DNA of 64,000 bases from Thermodesulfobacteriota bacterium (GCA_965197885.1 OZ240231.1:64644-128643); one strand, 5' to 3'; counted from the first letter of the stretch, positions 1 to 10,907 are shown. Notes: generated by a model from the sequence alone, not told the origin. Made by a program: numbers and translations.

Positions 1-1
1 G

Positions 2-277
2 CTGAGCCCGGCGCAGTTCCCCTGGTACTACACGTGGCTTCTTCCGTTTCTCTGCATAGCTCCGAGCCCGGGTTTCCTTGCCCTCACCGCGTTGCTTCCG
101 CTTTATTATCTCCAGTATTATTTTCCTTCTCCCGCCGGGGAAGCTGGAATATTCGGAAACGCGGTGGTATGGATAGAGTTTGCGCCCGTGTGGGCACTGC
201 TTGCCTGGGAATGGTGGAGATTCCGGTCTTCGAAAAAAGTCTCGGCTGCCTATGCGGGTACTGCTGGGGGAGGCTGA
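2..277 (+). CDS. 3' end of a membrane protein, probably a GT-C fold glycosyltransferase (GT87/DUF2029-like); 5'-truncated by the window edge
   Basis: Frame is open from base 2 and reads LSPAQFPWYYTWLLPFL...; hydrophobic, with an LSP-x-x-PWY-x-x-W motif typical of GT87-like proteins. Confidence 0.55.
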   Translation: MSPAQFPWYYTWLLPFLCIAPSPGFLALTALLPLYYLQYYFPSPAGEAGIFGNAVVWIEFAPVWALLAWEWWRFRSSKKVSAAYAGTAGGG

Positions 278-318
278 GAGAGCGAACCGTCCGGGTTGCG
301 GGGGAACAGGGGGGTTTG

Positions 319-1674
319 TTACTGGACCGAAATCCTGCTTTGTATGGCGTCTCTTACGGTCTTGTAATCGTTTGGAAGTTCCACAGGAGCGTTTCTCAGC
401 TCAGACGATATCCCCTCAAGGGCTGACTTATGGTAGCCGGCTTTGAACTCCACGAACTTCAGTCCGTGAGCGGTGGAAACGACCACTATTTTTTCCTTCG
501 GGGAAAGAACCTTTTTCTCAAGCAGTTTCAAAAACACCGCGAGCGCGACTCCGGTATGGGGACAGTTAAAGGTGCCCGTTCTGTCCGCCATTGCCGAGGC
601 GTGGGAGAGTTCGTCTTCCGATGCCTGTTCAACGACTCCGTCGAATCGCCTGAGAATCGAAATCGCTTTGTTGATGCTTACGGGGTTTCCGATCTGTATG
701 GCGTTTGCGAGGGTTTTTTTCGCTCTTACCGGGACAAATTCGCTGAAACCCTTAAGGAAACTCAGGTAAAGAGGGTTTGCGTTCTGTGCCTGCGCGCAAA
801 CTATTCTCGGAAGTTTTTTTATGAGACCGAGATCATACATCATCAAAAATCCCTTTCCGAGCGCGGACACGTTGCCGAGGTTGCCGCCCGGAATTATCAC
901 CCAGTCCGGAACTTCCCAGTCAAACTGCTGGCAAAGTTCTATGCTTATCGTTTTCTGCCCCTCTATGCGCAGGGAGTTAATGGAGTTTGCCAGATAGATG
1001 TTATGCTCGCTGGTTATTCTCTGGACCATCTCCATGCAGCCGTCAAAATCGGTGTCCAGAGAAAGAACCAGGGACCCGTTCGAGATGGGCTGAATCAGCT
1101 GAGCAATGGATACCTTGTCTTTGGGAAGAAAAACTATTGAGGGAATGCCTGCTGACGCGCAGTAGGCGGCCAAGGCAGCCGAGGTGTCCCCTGTTGAGGC
1201 GCAGGCGACCGCCGGGATGCTCATATTGTCGTTTATCATCTGGTTTACGGCCGAAACAAGTACGGTCATTCCCAGGTCCTTAAAGGATCCCGTGTGGCTG
1301 TTGCCGCACATCTTTATCCAGAGATCCTCAACGCCGACGTGTTTTCCTAGCCTCTCGGCCCAGAAAAGATTCGTGCATCCCTCGTACATTGAAACTATGT
1401 TTTCGTTTTCAATTGAAGGTAGTACCCACTCCTTTTTTCCCCAGACTCCGCTTCCGAAAGGCCAGGACTGCTTTCTGTATCTGCTGTCGAAAAGCTCTCT
1501 CCACTGCTCGGGCGTTTTTTGCCCGAGAGTTTCCATGTCGTGCTGAACGTCGAGAAGATTGTTGCACTTCCTGCATCTGTAGATGATTTCATCAAGGGGA
1601 TAGGTTTCAGAGCAATTCTCGTCGATGCATCTGAAATGGGCTCGGTACTCACTCATCAAGCTAACAAAATACAT
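319..1674 (-). CDS. thrC: Threonine synthase (plant-like long type)
   Basis: PLP-lysine motif HTGSFKDLGMT, CASTGDTSAALAAY, EGQKT, PGGNLGN, TAHGLKF. Confidence 0.95.
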   Translation of the reverse strand: MYFVSLMSEYRAHFRCIDENCSETYPLDEIIYRCRKCNNLLDVQHDMETLGQKTPEQWRELFDSRYRKQSWPFGSGVWGKKEWVLPSIENENIVSMYEGCTNLFWAERLGKHVGVEDLWIKMCGNSHTGSFKDLGMTVLVSAVNQMINDNMSIPAVACASTGDTSAALAAYCASAGIPSIVFLPKDKVSIAQLIQPISNGSLVLSLDTDFDGCMEMVQRITSEHNIYLANSINSLRIEGQKTISIELCQQFDWEVPDWVIIPGGNLGNVSALGKGFLMMYDLGLIKKLPRIVCAQAQNANPLYLSFLKGFSEFVPVRAKKTLANAIQIGNPVSINKAISILRRFDGVVEQASEDELSHASAMADRTGTFNCPHTGVALAVFLKLLEKKVLSPKEKIVVVSTAHGLKFVEFKAGYHKSALEGISSELRNAPVELPNDYKTVRDAIQSRISVQ

Positions 1675-1796
1675 TTTGCCTTTTTTCCTGTCAACGCTGT
1701 GTAACCTTTCTCTCTTGCCTTGGGAAGCATTCCGAAGTCCTGGATCCCCGCGTTCATTGACGCCAACAGAGGCTTTCGGTAATCTTGGAGAGTCGG

Positions 1797-2090
1797 ATGG
1801 AACAGAAAGTGCTTATCCTCGTGAAGGGAAGGGTACAGGGAGTTTATTTCAGAGCCTCGGCGGTGCAAAAAGCTATTGGGCTTGGTATCAGGGGACATGT
1901 AGAAAACCTTGCGGACGGAACCGTGAGGATAGTTGCCGAAGGAACGACCGAGAACCTCGAAAAACTGATTGAGTGGTGCGGCGAGGGTCCGCCCCGCGCA
2001 AAGGTGGAATCGGTTGAACTCAAGTGGATGCCGCCGGAGGACGGATTCGTCGGTTTTCGCGTAAACAAGACTCAGAGGAGATCAGATTGA
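1797..2090 (+). CDS. acyP: Acylphosphatase
   Basis: GRVQGVYFR, GHVENLADGTV, GPPRAKV motifs; ATG at 1797 after GGAG. Confidence 0.93.
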   Translation: MEQKVLILVKGRVQGVYFRASAVQKAIGLGIRGHVENLADGTVRIVAEGTTENLEKLIEWCGEGPPRAKVESVELKWMPPEDGFVGFRVNKTQRRSD

Positions 2091-2728
2091 TAATAAAATG
2101 CGTCCCGGGTGGGATATTCATTGAAAACTGCTATATCATAGGGGATGAAGATACCAACGAGGCGATGCTCGTTGACCCTGGAGAGCAGATAGAGGAAATA
2201 TCCGCGGAAATTGAAAGATCGGGACTCGAGGTAAAAAAAATAGTCAACACCCACGCGCATCTGGATCATGTGGCCGGTGTTGAGGCTTTTAAAAAAAAGC
2301 TCGGCATACCCTTTTACATACACCAAAAAGAACAGCCCGTGCTCGATGTGCTTCCCGAGGCGAAGATGAGGTTCCCCGGATTTGACTTTGTCGAGGTCCC
2401 CGAGGTAGACGGCTACGTGAAAGAAGGAGACACTCTTTTAGTCGGGAATCTCAGGGGAGAGATTCTGCTTGTCCCGGGACACACCTGGGGGCACATATGT
2501 TTTGTTTTCGAAGAATCCATAATAGCGGGTGACACGGTTTTCGCGGGGAGCGTCGGCAGAGTGGATCTTACGGGGGGAACAACCATGGCGGAACTTGTCG
2601 GGTCGATCCGCTCCGAGATTCTTAAATATCCCGACCACTATGAAATCCATCCAGGCCACGGTCCCCGAACGACCGTGGGAATTGAAAAAAGCACCAACCC
2701 TTTTCTTGTTGGAACTTTTGCGCTGTAA
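2087..2728 (+). CDS. MBL-fold metallo-hydrolase (glyoxalase II/YcbL-like)
   Basis: THAHLDH, PGHT, GDTVF, PGHG motifs; TTG start overlaps acyP stop, GAGGAG RBS. Confidence 0.9.
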   Translation: MIIKCVPGGIFIENCYIIGDEDTNEAMLVDPGEQIEEISAEIERSGLEVKKIVNTHAHLDHVAGVEAFKKKLGIPFYIHQKEQPVLDVLPEAKMRFPGFDFVEVPEVDGYVKEGDTLLVGNLRGEILLVPGHTWGHICFVFEESIIAGDTVFAGSVGRVDLTGGTTMAELVGSIRSEILKYPDHYEIHPGHGPRTTVGIEKSTNPFLVGTFAL

Positions 2729-2734
2729 AGACAT

Positions 2735-3010
2735 ATGAAACCGGGGAAATTCATCAGGCTGGCTGTGTATTCGGTAATTATCGTGGTGGTGGCCTTGGTG
2801 TTTTTCAACGAGATTTCCAAGGTCTATTTTCTCAAAAACGAAAACAAGAGGATAGAAAAGAGAATAGAGGACTTAAAGGCACAGAACAGTGCTTACAGAG
2901 AGGAAATAGACGCCATAAAGCAAGACCAAAGATACCTTGAGAAAATACTGAGAGAAGAACTGGGGATGATAAAAGATAAAGAAAAGATATTCAGGTTCAA
3001 GGAAGAATAA
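2735..3010 (+). CDS. ftsB: Septum formation initiator FtsB/DivIC family
   Basis: N-terminal TM, coiled coil, YLEKILREELGMIK..E motif. Confidence 0.8.
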   Translation: MKPGKFIRLAVYSVIIVVVALVFFNEISKVYFLKNENKRIEKRIEDLKAQNSAYREEIDAIKQDQRYLEKILREELGMIKDKEKIFRFKEE

Positions 3011-3177
3011 CTTTGCGGGCTTCATTGCTTTGCTTTCGTACTCAAGAGTTGCTCTAAAGTAGTATCCGTTTGCTTCGCTGGCGGGTGATCCCGCGTAATC
3101 TCCGAAAACATAGAATCAGAGTATAGTTTTACGGTTGTATTTTCCCGCAGGGTCGGGATCGATACCGGTTTTCGCGA

Positions 3178-3996
3178 GTGGATGATATGGAGCAGGAAGA
3201 GACATTTCGCCATACTAAAAGGCTCGGACAGAATTTTCTGAACGACCCAAACATACTGCGTAAAATCAGTGCTGCCGCAGAACTCCGAGAAGAAGACCAT
3301 GTGATTGAAATCGGTCCCGGCAAAGGCAGCCTCACCGAACATCTCACGCTTGGTGCCGGCAGAGTCACGGCGATTGAAAAAGACAGTAGGCTCAAAACCT
3401 TTCTTGACGAAAAATTCGGAGAATCCGAAACCGTCAGGTTTGTTTACGAAGACGCCCTTAAAGTCAGTTTCAGTCGTTTTTCCTCCGAGGGGAAGATGAA
3501 GCTTGTATCCAATCTTCCATATAACGTATCCACCCGGATTCTGATGAAACTTCTTGATGAAAGAGAGCTTTTCTCGAAAATAGTTGTGATGCTGCAAAAA
3601 GAAGTGGCGCAGAGAATATCTTCTCCAAAGGGACGAAAAAGCTACGGTTCTCTATCTGTGCTTCTTCAGAGCTGTTTTAGTATAAAGCTTGCCTTCAAGG
3701 TCTCGCGCCGCGCATTTTATCCGGTTCCCGATGTGGATTCGGCGGTGGTGATCCTTGATCCGCTGAAAGAACCCGTGTTTTCGGTATCAAGAGAGAAGAC
3801 TTTCAGGGCCGTTACAAGGCATGCGTTTTCCTCTCGGAGAAAGACCATAAGGAATTCGCTCGGCAATTTCTTTGAGAGGGAGACGGTTGAACGGGCGCTT
3901 TCGGATTCGCGCATCGATCAGGGAAGAAGGGCTGAATCGCTTTCGGTTGAGGAATTCGCTAGATTGGCGGACAGTTTCCACGGAATAAATCAGTAG
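3178..3996 (+). CDS. rsmA: 16S rRNA dimethyladenosine transferase
   Basis: KRLGQNFL, EIGPGKG, SNLPYN, QKEVAQR, PVPDVDS. Confidence 0.96.
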   Translation: MDDMEQEETFRHTKRLGQNFLNDPNILRKISAAAELREEDHVIEIGPGKGSLTEHLTLGAGRVTAIEKDSRLKTFLDEKFGESETVRFVYEDALKVSFSRFSSEGKMKLVSNLPYNVSTRILMKLLDERELFSKIVVMLQKEVAQRISSPKGRKSYGSLSVLLQSCFSIKLAFKVSRRAFYPVPDVDSAVVILDPLKEPVFSVSREKTFRAVTRHAFSSRRKTIRNSLGNFFERETVERALSDSRIDQGRRAESLSVEEFARLADSFHGINQ

Positions 3997-5393
3997 ACAA
4001 GTTCTCGCAGAAGCAGGTTCTGAAGTTTTTTTACCCTCGCCCCCATGCCGTTTGATATGATGGAAAAAACGTAAACCCGCCCGTTTTTCCCGAAGGCGTA
4101 ACCGGATAGGGACCTGGCTCCTTCAAGATATCCGGTTTTCGCGTAGACCTTGCCCTTGAGGTTACGAAATCTCTTCTTAAGAGTTCCATCAACTCCGGCA
4201 ATCGGAAGAGATGCGAGAAACTCCTCGGAAATATCCGGATCTTCGTATACCTTGGCGAGTGCCTGGGTTATATCTTCCGGGGAAACCCTGTTCAGCCTTG
4301 AAAGACCGGAGCCGTCAGCCATGGAGAAGTTTCCGTTAAGACCGATTTTCCTCAGATGATTTTCAATTACGTACGTACCGGATTTCCATGAGCCCGGGGT
4401 GCTGAGAAACTCGGCGCCGATCACCTTAACTATATTTTCTCCGATTATATTGACGCTTTCCTTGTTGTATTCACGGATAACGGTGCCCAGAGGTTCTGAG
4501 TAATGAGTGAATATCTTGCCGGTCCACCGGGGCACTCTCCTGCGGTCTATGGGTCCGCTTACCTCGATTCCGTCCTCTTCGAGAACTCTCTTTAGCACCG
4601 ACCCGAAGTAAAAAAACGGGTCGGGTACCGAAAGCTCCAGGGTTTCAGCTTTTTTCCGGGAGGAGACGTATCCGGAGATCCTGAGCTCATTTTGTTCGTT
4701 GTATTGCGCTCTCACGCCCGATTTTCTTAGCGTGGTGGAAACCCTGTTTCTAATCGGGAAGGGAAACTCTGCGGGTTCCGTGCTCACTGTCGCTGGCACT
4801 CCCTCCACCCTGGACGCGGAAATCTTTATCTTGGCCGAGTTGTAGTTAAACGAAATCGCCGTTACGGGAGGGCAGAATCCTTTACCGAACCAATCCGGGT
4901 CCCAGCCCTCTCCGTAATGGACGTCGTCAAAATACGAACCGTCGAGGTGAATCCCACCCTCGATTCCCGTTATCCCGAGGGCTTTAATCCGCCCGGCAAT
5001 CTCCCGAAGCTTGTCGATGTCTATCGTAGGGTCACCGAACCCTTTTACGTAAAGACCGCCGTGGCCGACTCCCGAGTGTATTCCTCCGCCCAGATAAAGC
5101 TCCGTTTTGAACTGAAAATCCTTCCCGAGAAGCGAAAGCGCCGCGACTGAGGAAAGTATCTTGTTGTTGGAGGCGGGAATGAATTCCTTTTTGCTGTTGT
5201 AGCGGAAAACCGTTTTGCCTGTATCGGCGGAGCGGACCATGATCCCGATTTTCCCCCGCGACGAGGCGTTTTTTGAAATAAAGGAGAGGATTTTCTTCTG
5301 GTTTACTTCAGCGTAGGAAGATGCTGCCGGTAGAAAAGCGAAAAATAAAACCAGTGCGCGCAGAATCAGGGCTTTTCTTCTGGAGTTAATCAT
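3990..5393 (-). CDS. dacB: D-Ala-D-Ala carboxypeptidase/endopeptidase (peptidase S13, PBP4)
   Basis: Signal peptide; PASNNK (SxxK), GFGDP, SVN (SxN), DGSGLS, AKTG. Confidence 0.92.
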   Translation of the reverse strand: MINSRRKALILRALVLFFAFLPAASSYAEVNQKKILSFISKNASSRGKIGIMVRSADTGKTVFRYNSKKEFIPASNNKILSSVAALSLLGKDFQFKTELYLGGGIHSGVGHGGLYVKGFGDPTIDIDKLREIAGRIKALGITGIEGGIHLDGSYFDDVHYGEGWDPDWFGKGFCPPVTAISFNYNSAKIKISASRVEGVPATVSTEPAEFPFPIRNRVSTTLRKSGVRAQYNEQNELRISGYVSSRKKAETLELSVPDPFFYFGSVLKRVLEEDGIEVSGPIDRRRVPRWTGKIFTHYSEPLGTVIREYNKESVNIIGENIVKVIGAEFLSTPGSWKSGTYVIENHLRKIGLNGNFSMADGSGLSRLNRVSPEDITQALAKVYEDPDISEEFLASLPIAGVDGTLKKRFRNLKGKVYAKTGYLEGARSLSGYAFGKNGRVYVFSIISNGMGARVKKLQNLLLRELVY

Positions 5394-5413
5394 TGCTGTA
5401 TCGTTCTTTTAGG

Positions 5414-8104
5414 TCAGTGGGCTTCGGCCCAGTTCTTTGCGGGGCGCATCTCCACTCTAAGCGGCACACGAAGCTCCCAGGCGTTTTCCATATCGTTTTT
5501 TATATGAGTTTGCAGTTCTTCAAGTTCCGTTTCATGCACCTCGAAAAGAAGCTCGTCGTGAACCTGAAGAATCATCTTGGAGCGAAACCCCCCTTCTTCA
5601 AGTCTTTTGAATATTCGGATCATGGCCAGATTTATTATATCCGCCGCGGATCCCTGTATCGGAGTGTTTATGGCTTCACGCTCTCCTCTGCTCCTCTCCA
5701 CTCTGTTTCCCGACACAAGCTCCGGTATCGGCCTTCTTCTCCCGACAAGCGTCTCGGTGTAGCCTCTGTTCCTTGCTTCTTCAACCGATGACTTCATATA
5801 GGCCTTCACCTCTGAATATCTGTCGAAATATCGGCTTATATAGTTTCTTGAGACCGAGACCGTGGTGCCGAGCTGTTTTGAGAGCCCGAAAGCGCTTATC
5901 CCGTATATTATCCCGAAGTTTATGGTCTTGGCGAGATTCCGCATCTCGGAAGTGACCCGGTCCTCGGTCGCGTTAAAGATTTCGCAGGCCGTTGCGACGT
6001 GTACGTCCTTGTCGTTTCGAAGCGCCTCAAGCAGTGTGGGGTCTTCCGAGAAATGGGCGAGCAGACGAAGTTCTATCTGGGAATAATCGGCCGACAGTAT
6101 AACGCGGCCGTCTTTCGCCACAAACGATTTCCTTATTCTTTTTCCGTCTTCGGTTTTTATCGGGATGTTCTGAAGATTCGGATTGCTTGAGCTTAGCCTC
6201 CCGGTTGAAGTGCCGGCGGGATTAAAAGAGGTGTGAATTCTTCCCGTGGCCGGGTTGATGAGCCTTGGGAGCTGATCGATGTAGGTGGATTTCAGTTTGG
6301 AAAGAAACCTGTGTCTCAGTATGAGACGGGGCACCTCATGGATTGTCGAGAGATCCCTCAGCACCTCAGAATCGGTGGAGAAAGCGCCTTTCGCGGTTTT
6401 CTTCCTGGCGGGAAGCCGAAGTTCTTCGAAAAGCACTTCGGAAAGCTGCTTTGTTGAGTTTATATTGAACTTTTTTCCGGTTTTTTCATATATTTCGGTC
6501 TCAATGGAACCTAGGTCTTTTTCAAACTCCTCGGACATCTCCCCGAGAATCGCGGTGTCAACACTCACTCCCGCAGACTCCATGTCGCAGAGAACCGGAA
6601 GAAGACCGAGGACGTTTTCTGTATAAAGGTCCCAGAGACCCTCTTGTTTGAGAGTCTCAAGAAATTTCCTTGAAAGAATAAGCGTCACGTCCGAATCTTC
6701 GCAGGAGTATCTTGTCGCCGTCTCGATGTCCACTTCGGCGAAACTCTTTTTGGACTTTCCTTTTCCCGTAACGTCATCGTAGGAAATCATCCTGTGACCC
6801 AGCTCCGTTCTTGAGAGTTCGTCAAGCTTGTAGCTCCCTCGGGAAGCGTCGAGGAGGTGCGCGGCCAGCATAGTGTCGAAGTAAATCCCCCTGAGCGTGA
6901 CGCCGTGGTTTCTCAGCACTAGCATCTCGTATTTTATGTTCTGACCTATCTTCCTTACGTCCTCGGATTCTAAAACGGGTTTCAGCATAGAAAGCGCATT
7001 GTCGAGTTTCATCTGCCTTTCGGTTTCAATGGTTCCGATGTGCCCGACGGGAACGTAAAAAGCCTGCTCTGGAGCGGGGCAGAGCGAAAATCCCACTATC
7101 CCTGCATTCATCGGCAGCTTTGAGTCAGTCTCGAGATCTATTGAGAGTTCTCCCGCTTCCTCTATCATGCTTATGATCCGACCGAGTGATTTCTCCTCGA
7201 AAACAGTTTCGTAGGAATCGTATCTTACCGCTTCGCCTTCGCTTGGCGGGCGAGAGGTGCCACCGATCTCGTCAAGAAGCTTTTCAAACTCAAGTTCTGA
7301 GAATATTTTCCGAAGATCTTCGGCCGCGTATCCCCCGTATCTGAAATCCTCAATTCCGGTTCCTACCTCGACGTCCGTTTTTATGGTAACGAGTTCGCGG
7401 CTCAGGTACGCAGTATCTTTATGCCCTCTGAGTTTCTGGGCGACACTCGGGCGAAGCGCGTCGAGGTTGCTGTATACGCCGTCAAGATCTCCGTACTCGG
7501 ATATAAGGGCCGAGGCGGTTTTCTCCCCGACGCCTGCGACTCCCGGCACGTTATCGACCTTGTCTCCCACAAGAGCGAAGAAGTCGATCATCTGTTCAGG
7601 CCCGATTCCGTATTTCTGCCGTACTTCCCGCACCCCGGTTACCCGCTCTCTCATTGTGTCAATCAGAGTCACGTTCTCGGACACGAGCTGGCAGAAGTCC
7701 TTGTCTCCGGTAATCAGAACGACCTTTGATTCTTCCTGCGCCCTGGCTATGGTTCCCATGATGTCGTCAGCCTCGTATCCTTCCATTGCCAGCATCGGAA
7801 CTGAAAAGGCCCGGACCAGCTCGAAAATCTTCGGAAACTGAAGCTTCAGACTCTCAGGAGCTTCATCCCTGTTGGCCTTGTACTCGGGGTATATTTCGTT
7901 TCTGAACACTTCTCCCTTGGAATCAAACACCATTCCCAGGTATTCCGGTTCGTATTCCCTGAGAAACTTAAGAAGCATGTTGGCAAATCCGTAGACGGCG
8001 TTGGTGGGCAACCCATCTGATGTGGAAAGATCGGCCCTTATACCGTAATACGCCCTGAATATATAGGAACTGCCGTCAATCAGGTAGAGGGGATGCTGGG
8101 ACAT
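5414..8104 (-). CDS. polA: DNA polymerase I
   Basis: 5'-3' exonuclease LIDGSS..FRAY, 3'-5' exonuclease DLETD, polymerase motifs ADYSQIELR, KTINFGIIYG, QVHDEL. Confidence 0.98.
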   Translation of the reverse strand: MSQHPLYLIDGSSYIFRAYYGIRADLSTSDGLPTNAVYGFANMLLKFLREYEPEYLGMVFDSKGEVFRNEIYPEYKANRDEAPESLKLQFPKIFELVRAFSVPMLAMEGYEADDIMGTIARAQEESKVVLITGDKDFCQLVSENVTLIDTMRERVTGVREVRQKYGIGPEQMIDFFALVGDKVDNVPGVAGVGEKTASALISEYGDLDGVYSNLDALRPSVAQKLRGHKDTAYLSRELVTIKTDVEVGTGIEDFRYGGYAAEDLRKIFSELEFEKLLDEIGGTSRPPSEGEAVRYDSYETVFEEKSLGRIISMIEEAGELSIDLETDSKLPMNAGIVGFSLCPAPEQAFYVPVGHIGTIETERQMKLDNALSMLKPVLESEDVRKIGQNIKYEMLVLRNHGVTLRGIYFDTMLAAHLLDASRGSYKLDELSRTELGHRMISYDDVTGKGKSKKSFAEVDIETATRYSCEDSDVTLILSRKFLETLKQEGLWDLYTENVLGLLPVLCDMESAGVSVDTAILGEMSEEFEKDLGSIETEIYEKTGKKFNINSTKQLSEVLFEELRLPARKKTAKGAFSTDSEVLRDLSTIHEVPRLILRHRFLSKLKSTYIDQLPRLINPATGRIHTSFNPAGTSTGRLSSSNPNLQNIPIKTEDGKRIRKSFVAKDGRVILSADYSQIELRLLAHFSEDPTLLEALRNDKDVHVATACEIFNATEDRVTSEMRNLAKTINFGIIYGISAFGLSKQLGTTVSVSRNYISRYFDRYSEVKAYMKSSVEEARNRGYTETLVGRRRPIPELVSGNRVERSRGEREAINTPIQGSAADIINLAMIRIFKRLEEGGFRSKMILQVHDELLFEVHETELEELQTHIKNDMENAWELRVPLRVEMRPAKNWAEAH

Positions 8105-8214
8105 AAAGAAGACCGCTTACGCGTTATTCGTTTAAGTATACCCAACTGCCCTTGCGGTGGGGAATCCGGTTTGCCGATCCGGTCTTGGCCGGGGCCGAAT
8201 TGAGGGAGATGAGA

Positions 8215-8796
8215 TTATTTTTCCGCGCTGTACACAAACGCGGGAGGGAAATTGGACCAGACAGTTTTTGACTTGACGACACTTGTGAACTTGCTTCGCA
8301 GAATCGAGCGGAATCTCCTGGCGTTTGGAACCACCATGCTGATTGAGTAACTGAAGGTAATCATCTTGCCTCCGGGCCTCAGCACGTCCCAGATAGCGTT
8401 AAGCAGTCTATCCTGGGTTCCGTGGTCAAACACCGCCCACGGAAGACTTGAAATAATACAGTCGCAGGAATCTTTTCCGTGCCTCTGAAGATATTTTTTC
8501 ATATTCTCCGCGGAGTCCATGTAGACTGTCGCGGAGGGACATCGGGACTTGGTAGCTTCGTAGAACTCGGGGTTGATCTCTATTGCGAAAAACAGCGCTT
8601 CAGGACTTTTCTTCTCCAGGATTTTCTCGGTAAAAACCCCGGTTCCCGGGCCCAATTCTACCACGGTCCCCATTTCGCTTAGCCGGGCGGTCTCGGTGAC
8701 AAGTTCTGACAGTTCTTCGTTTGAAGGTGCTATAGAGCCCGTGCTCTTCGGATATCTCATGAACTGCTTTATGTAACCGTATACTCCGAGTTTCAA
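8215..8796 (-). CDS. SAM-dependent phospholipid N-methyltransferase family (PmtA/OlsG-like)
   Basis: TGSIAPS, VELGPGTG, IEINPEF, IISSLPW, WSNFPPAFVY. Confidence 0.8.
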   Translation of the reverse strand: MKLGVYGYIKQFMRYPKSTGSIAPSNEELSELVTETARLSEMGTVVELGPGTGVFTEKILEKKSPEALFFAIEINPEFYEATKSRCPSATVYMDSAENMKKYLQRHGKDSCDCIISSLPWAVFDHGTQDRLLNAIWDVLRPGGKMITFSYSISMVVPNARRFRSILRSKFTSVVKSKTVWSNFPPAFVYSAEK

Positions 8797-8991
8797 CGGT
8801 GCCTCCGAATAAAATGCAAATCAAGCTAATTATAATAGCCTTGAGTGTTTTGTCCATATGACCGCTTCTCAAACGCGGGTCTTCAGGTTTTTCCGCGCTC
8901 CGGCCGGGGAAGGATTGTATTTCGCAATTCCGGTATTATATAGATCGTAATCACGGCCCTCATGGGCTTAGGACCGGCGGGCAGCGCACTG

Positions 8992-10326
8992 ATGTTTGAA
9001 GGAATCTCGAAAAAACTCGGCTCCACCCTCAAAACAATAGGGGGCTACGGAAAGCTAAGCGAAAAAAACATAGAAGACGCCCTTCGCGAAGTGCGCCTGA
9101 GCCTTCTTGAAGCCGATGTCAATTTCAGGGTGGTCCGCCAGTTCATCGAACTTGTCAAGGAGAGAGCGCTGGGTCAGGAAGTCGAAAGGAGCCTTAATCC
9201 GGGACAGCAGTTCATAAAAATAGTAAAAGAGGAGCTTACCGGAATTCTGGGGCGGGAAAACGAACCTCTGAATCTTAACGTTTCTCCTCCCGTGATAATA
9301 ATGCTGGTCGGGCTTCAGGGTTCGGGAAAAACAACCACGGCATCGAAGCTTGCCAAGTTTCTTAAGGAACGCCATGGAAAAACCCCGCTGCTCGTTCCCG
9401 CGGACATCTACCGTCCCGCCGCGATAGAGCAGCTGAAGGTTCTCGGAGAAAAAATAGACGTGAGCGTCTACGATACCGTTGCCGGGACGGACCCCGTGGA
9501 TGTGTGCGCGGATGCGGTTTCAGGCTCGGCAAAACAAGGGGTGGACGCGGTGATCATAGACACTGCGGGACGTCTCCACCTCGACCGCGAGCTTATGGAT
9601 GAGCTTGGGAGCATAAAGAAGAAGGTAAATCCCCATGAAATCCTCCTTGTTGCCGACTCGATGACGGGACAGGATGCCGTGAACGTCTCGCAGGGCTTTG
9701 ATGAAGCCATTGATCTCGACGGCGTGGTTCTTACAAAAATGGACGCGGACGCGAGGGGAGGGGCTGCGCTTTCGATAAAGGCTACCACGGGCAAGCCGAT
9801 CAAGTTTTTCGGAACGGGAGAGAAAGCCGACGCGCTTGAGGTCTTTCATCCCGAGAGAATAGCCTCGAGGATCCTCGGCATGGGAGATGTCCTGAGTCTC
9901 ATAGAAAAGGCAGAGGACGCTTTTGAAGAGGAGAAAACGCAAAGACTTGCCGAAAGGATATCCAAGAAACAGTTCTCCCTTGAAGACTACAGGGAATCCA
10001 TAGTAGCCATGAGCAAACTAGGCTCGATAGAGAACATAGCGCACATGGTTCCCGGCATGAAGAAGATCACCGATAACCCCGAAGCTATGGTAAAGGCCGA
10101 GGAGGAGATAAAAAAGAGCCTTGCAATAATCAACTCCATGACCTTGCTCGAGAGAAAGAATCACGCTATCCTGAACGGCAGCCGCAGGAAGAGAATCGCG
10201 CGGGGAAGCGGGACTACGGTGCCTGACGTGAACCGCATGGTAAAAAACTACATACAGATGCGAAGCATGATGAAAAACATGGGGAAAATGGGTAAACTAA
10301 CAAAGAGAATGATGAAATTCAGATAG
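8992..10326 (+). CDS. ffh: Signal recognition particle protein
   Basis: [26 protein letters not shown], Met-rich M domain. Confidence 0.98.
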   Translation: MFEGISKKLGSTLKTIGGYGKLSEKNIEDALREVRLSLLEADVNFRVVRQFIELVKERALGQEVERSLNPGQQFIKIVKEELTGILGRENEPLNLNVSPPVIIMLVGLQGSGKTTTASKLAKFLKERHGKTPLLVPADIYRPAAIEQLKVLGEKIDVSVYDTVAGTDPVDVCADAVSGSAKQGVDAVIIDTAGRLHLDRELMDELGSIKKKVNPHEILLVADSMTGQDAVNVSQGFDEAIDLDGVVLTKMDADARGGAALSIKATTGKPIKFFGTGEKADALEVFHPERIASRILGMGDVLSLIEKAEDAFEEEKTQRLAERISKKQFSLEDYRESIVAMSKLGSIENIAHMVPGMKKITDNPEAMVKAEEEIKKSLAIINSMTLLERKNHAILNGSRRKRIARGSGTTVPDVNRMVKNYIQMRSMMKNMGKMGKLTKRMMKFR

Positions 10327-10369
10327 CGGGAGCGTATCTTTAATCCCGAATTCAGGAGGTAGTAGCAGT

Positions 10370-10603
10370 TTGGTCAAGATAAGATTGAGCAGGATCGGAT
10401 CCAAGAACAGGCCGTTTTACAGGATAGTCGCCGCGGATGTTCGTTCCCCGCGCGATGGAAAGTTTCTTGAAATACTGGGACATTACGACCCGAGAAAAAA
10501 ACCCCACGAACTTAAGATAAACATAGAGAGAGTAAAAGCATGGATGGATAACGGTGCCAAAGCAACCAACAGGGTGAGCAAGCTCATGTCGCAGGTTACG
10601 TAG
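10370..10603 (+). CDS. rpsP: 30S ribosomal protein S16
   Basis: [24 protein letters not shown]; TTG start after AGGAGG. Confidence 0.97.
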   Translation: MVKIRLSRIGSKNRPFYRIVAADVRSPRDGKFLEILGHYDPRKKPHELKINIERVKAWMDNGAKATNRVSKLMSQVT

Positions 10604-10665
10604 CACATTTTCTTCCACGCGAGAATTTAGGCAGAAAGATTTTAGTTTCAGGAGGGATGCTCCTT

Positions 10666-10905
10666 ATGAGTCAACTCGGAGAGTTCGTCGATTTTATGGC
10701 CAAATCCATTGTCGATAATCCCGAAGAGGTTAAGGTGACGGAAATCGCGGGTGAGAAAACTACGGTTATTGAGCTTAGAGTGGCCCAAGAGGACTTGGGG
10801 AAGGTAATCGGAAAACAGGGAAGAACTGCAAAGGCGATTCGCAGCATATTGAGTGCCGCAGCTGCGAAGATAAAAAAACGCGCCGTTTTGGAGATTCTTG
10901 AGTAG
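10666..10905 (+). CDS. khpA: KH-domain RNA-binding protein
   Basis: [17 protein letters not shown]; conserved position between rpsP and rimM. Confidence 0.92.
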   Translation: MSQLGEFVDFMAKSIVDNPEEVKVTEIAGEKTTVIELRVAQEDLGKVIGKQGRTAKAIRSILSAAAAKIKKRAVLEILE

Positions 10906-10907
10906 CA

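Noticed and set aside
430-1140. 236-aa + strand ORF and many other long antisense or alternate-frame ORFs (e.g. 15586-16284, 30617-31405, 44175-44984, 46117-46911)
   Set aside because: They fully overlap well-supported housekeeping genes and show no recognisable motifs; shadow ORFs
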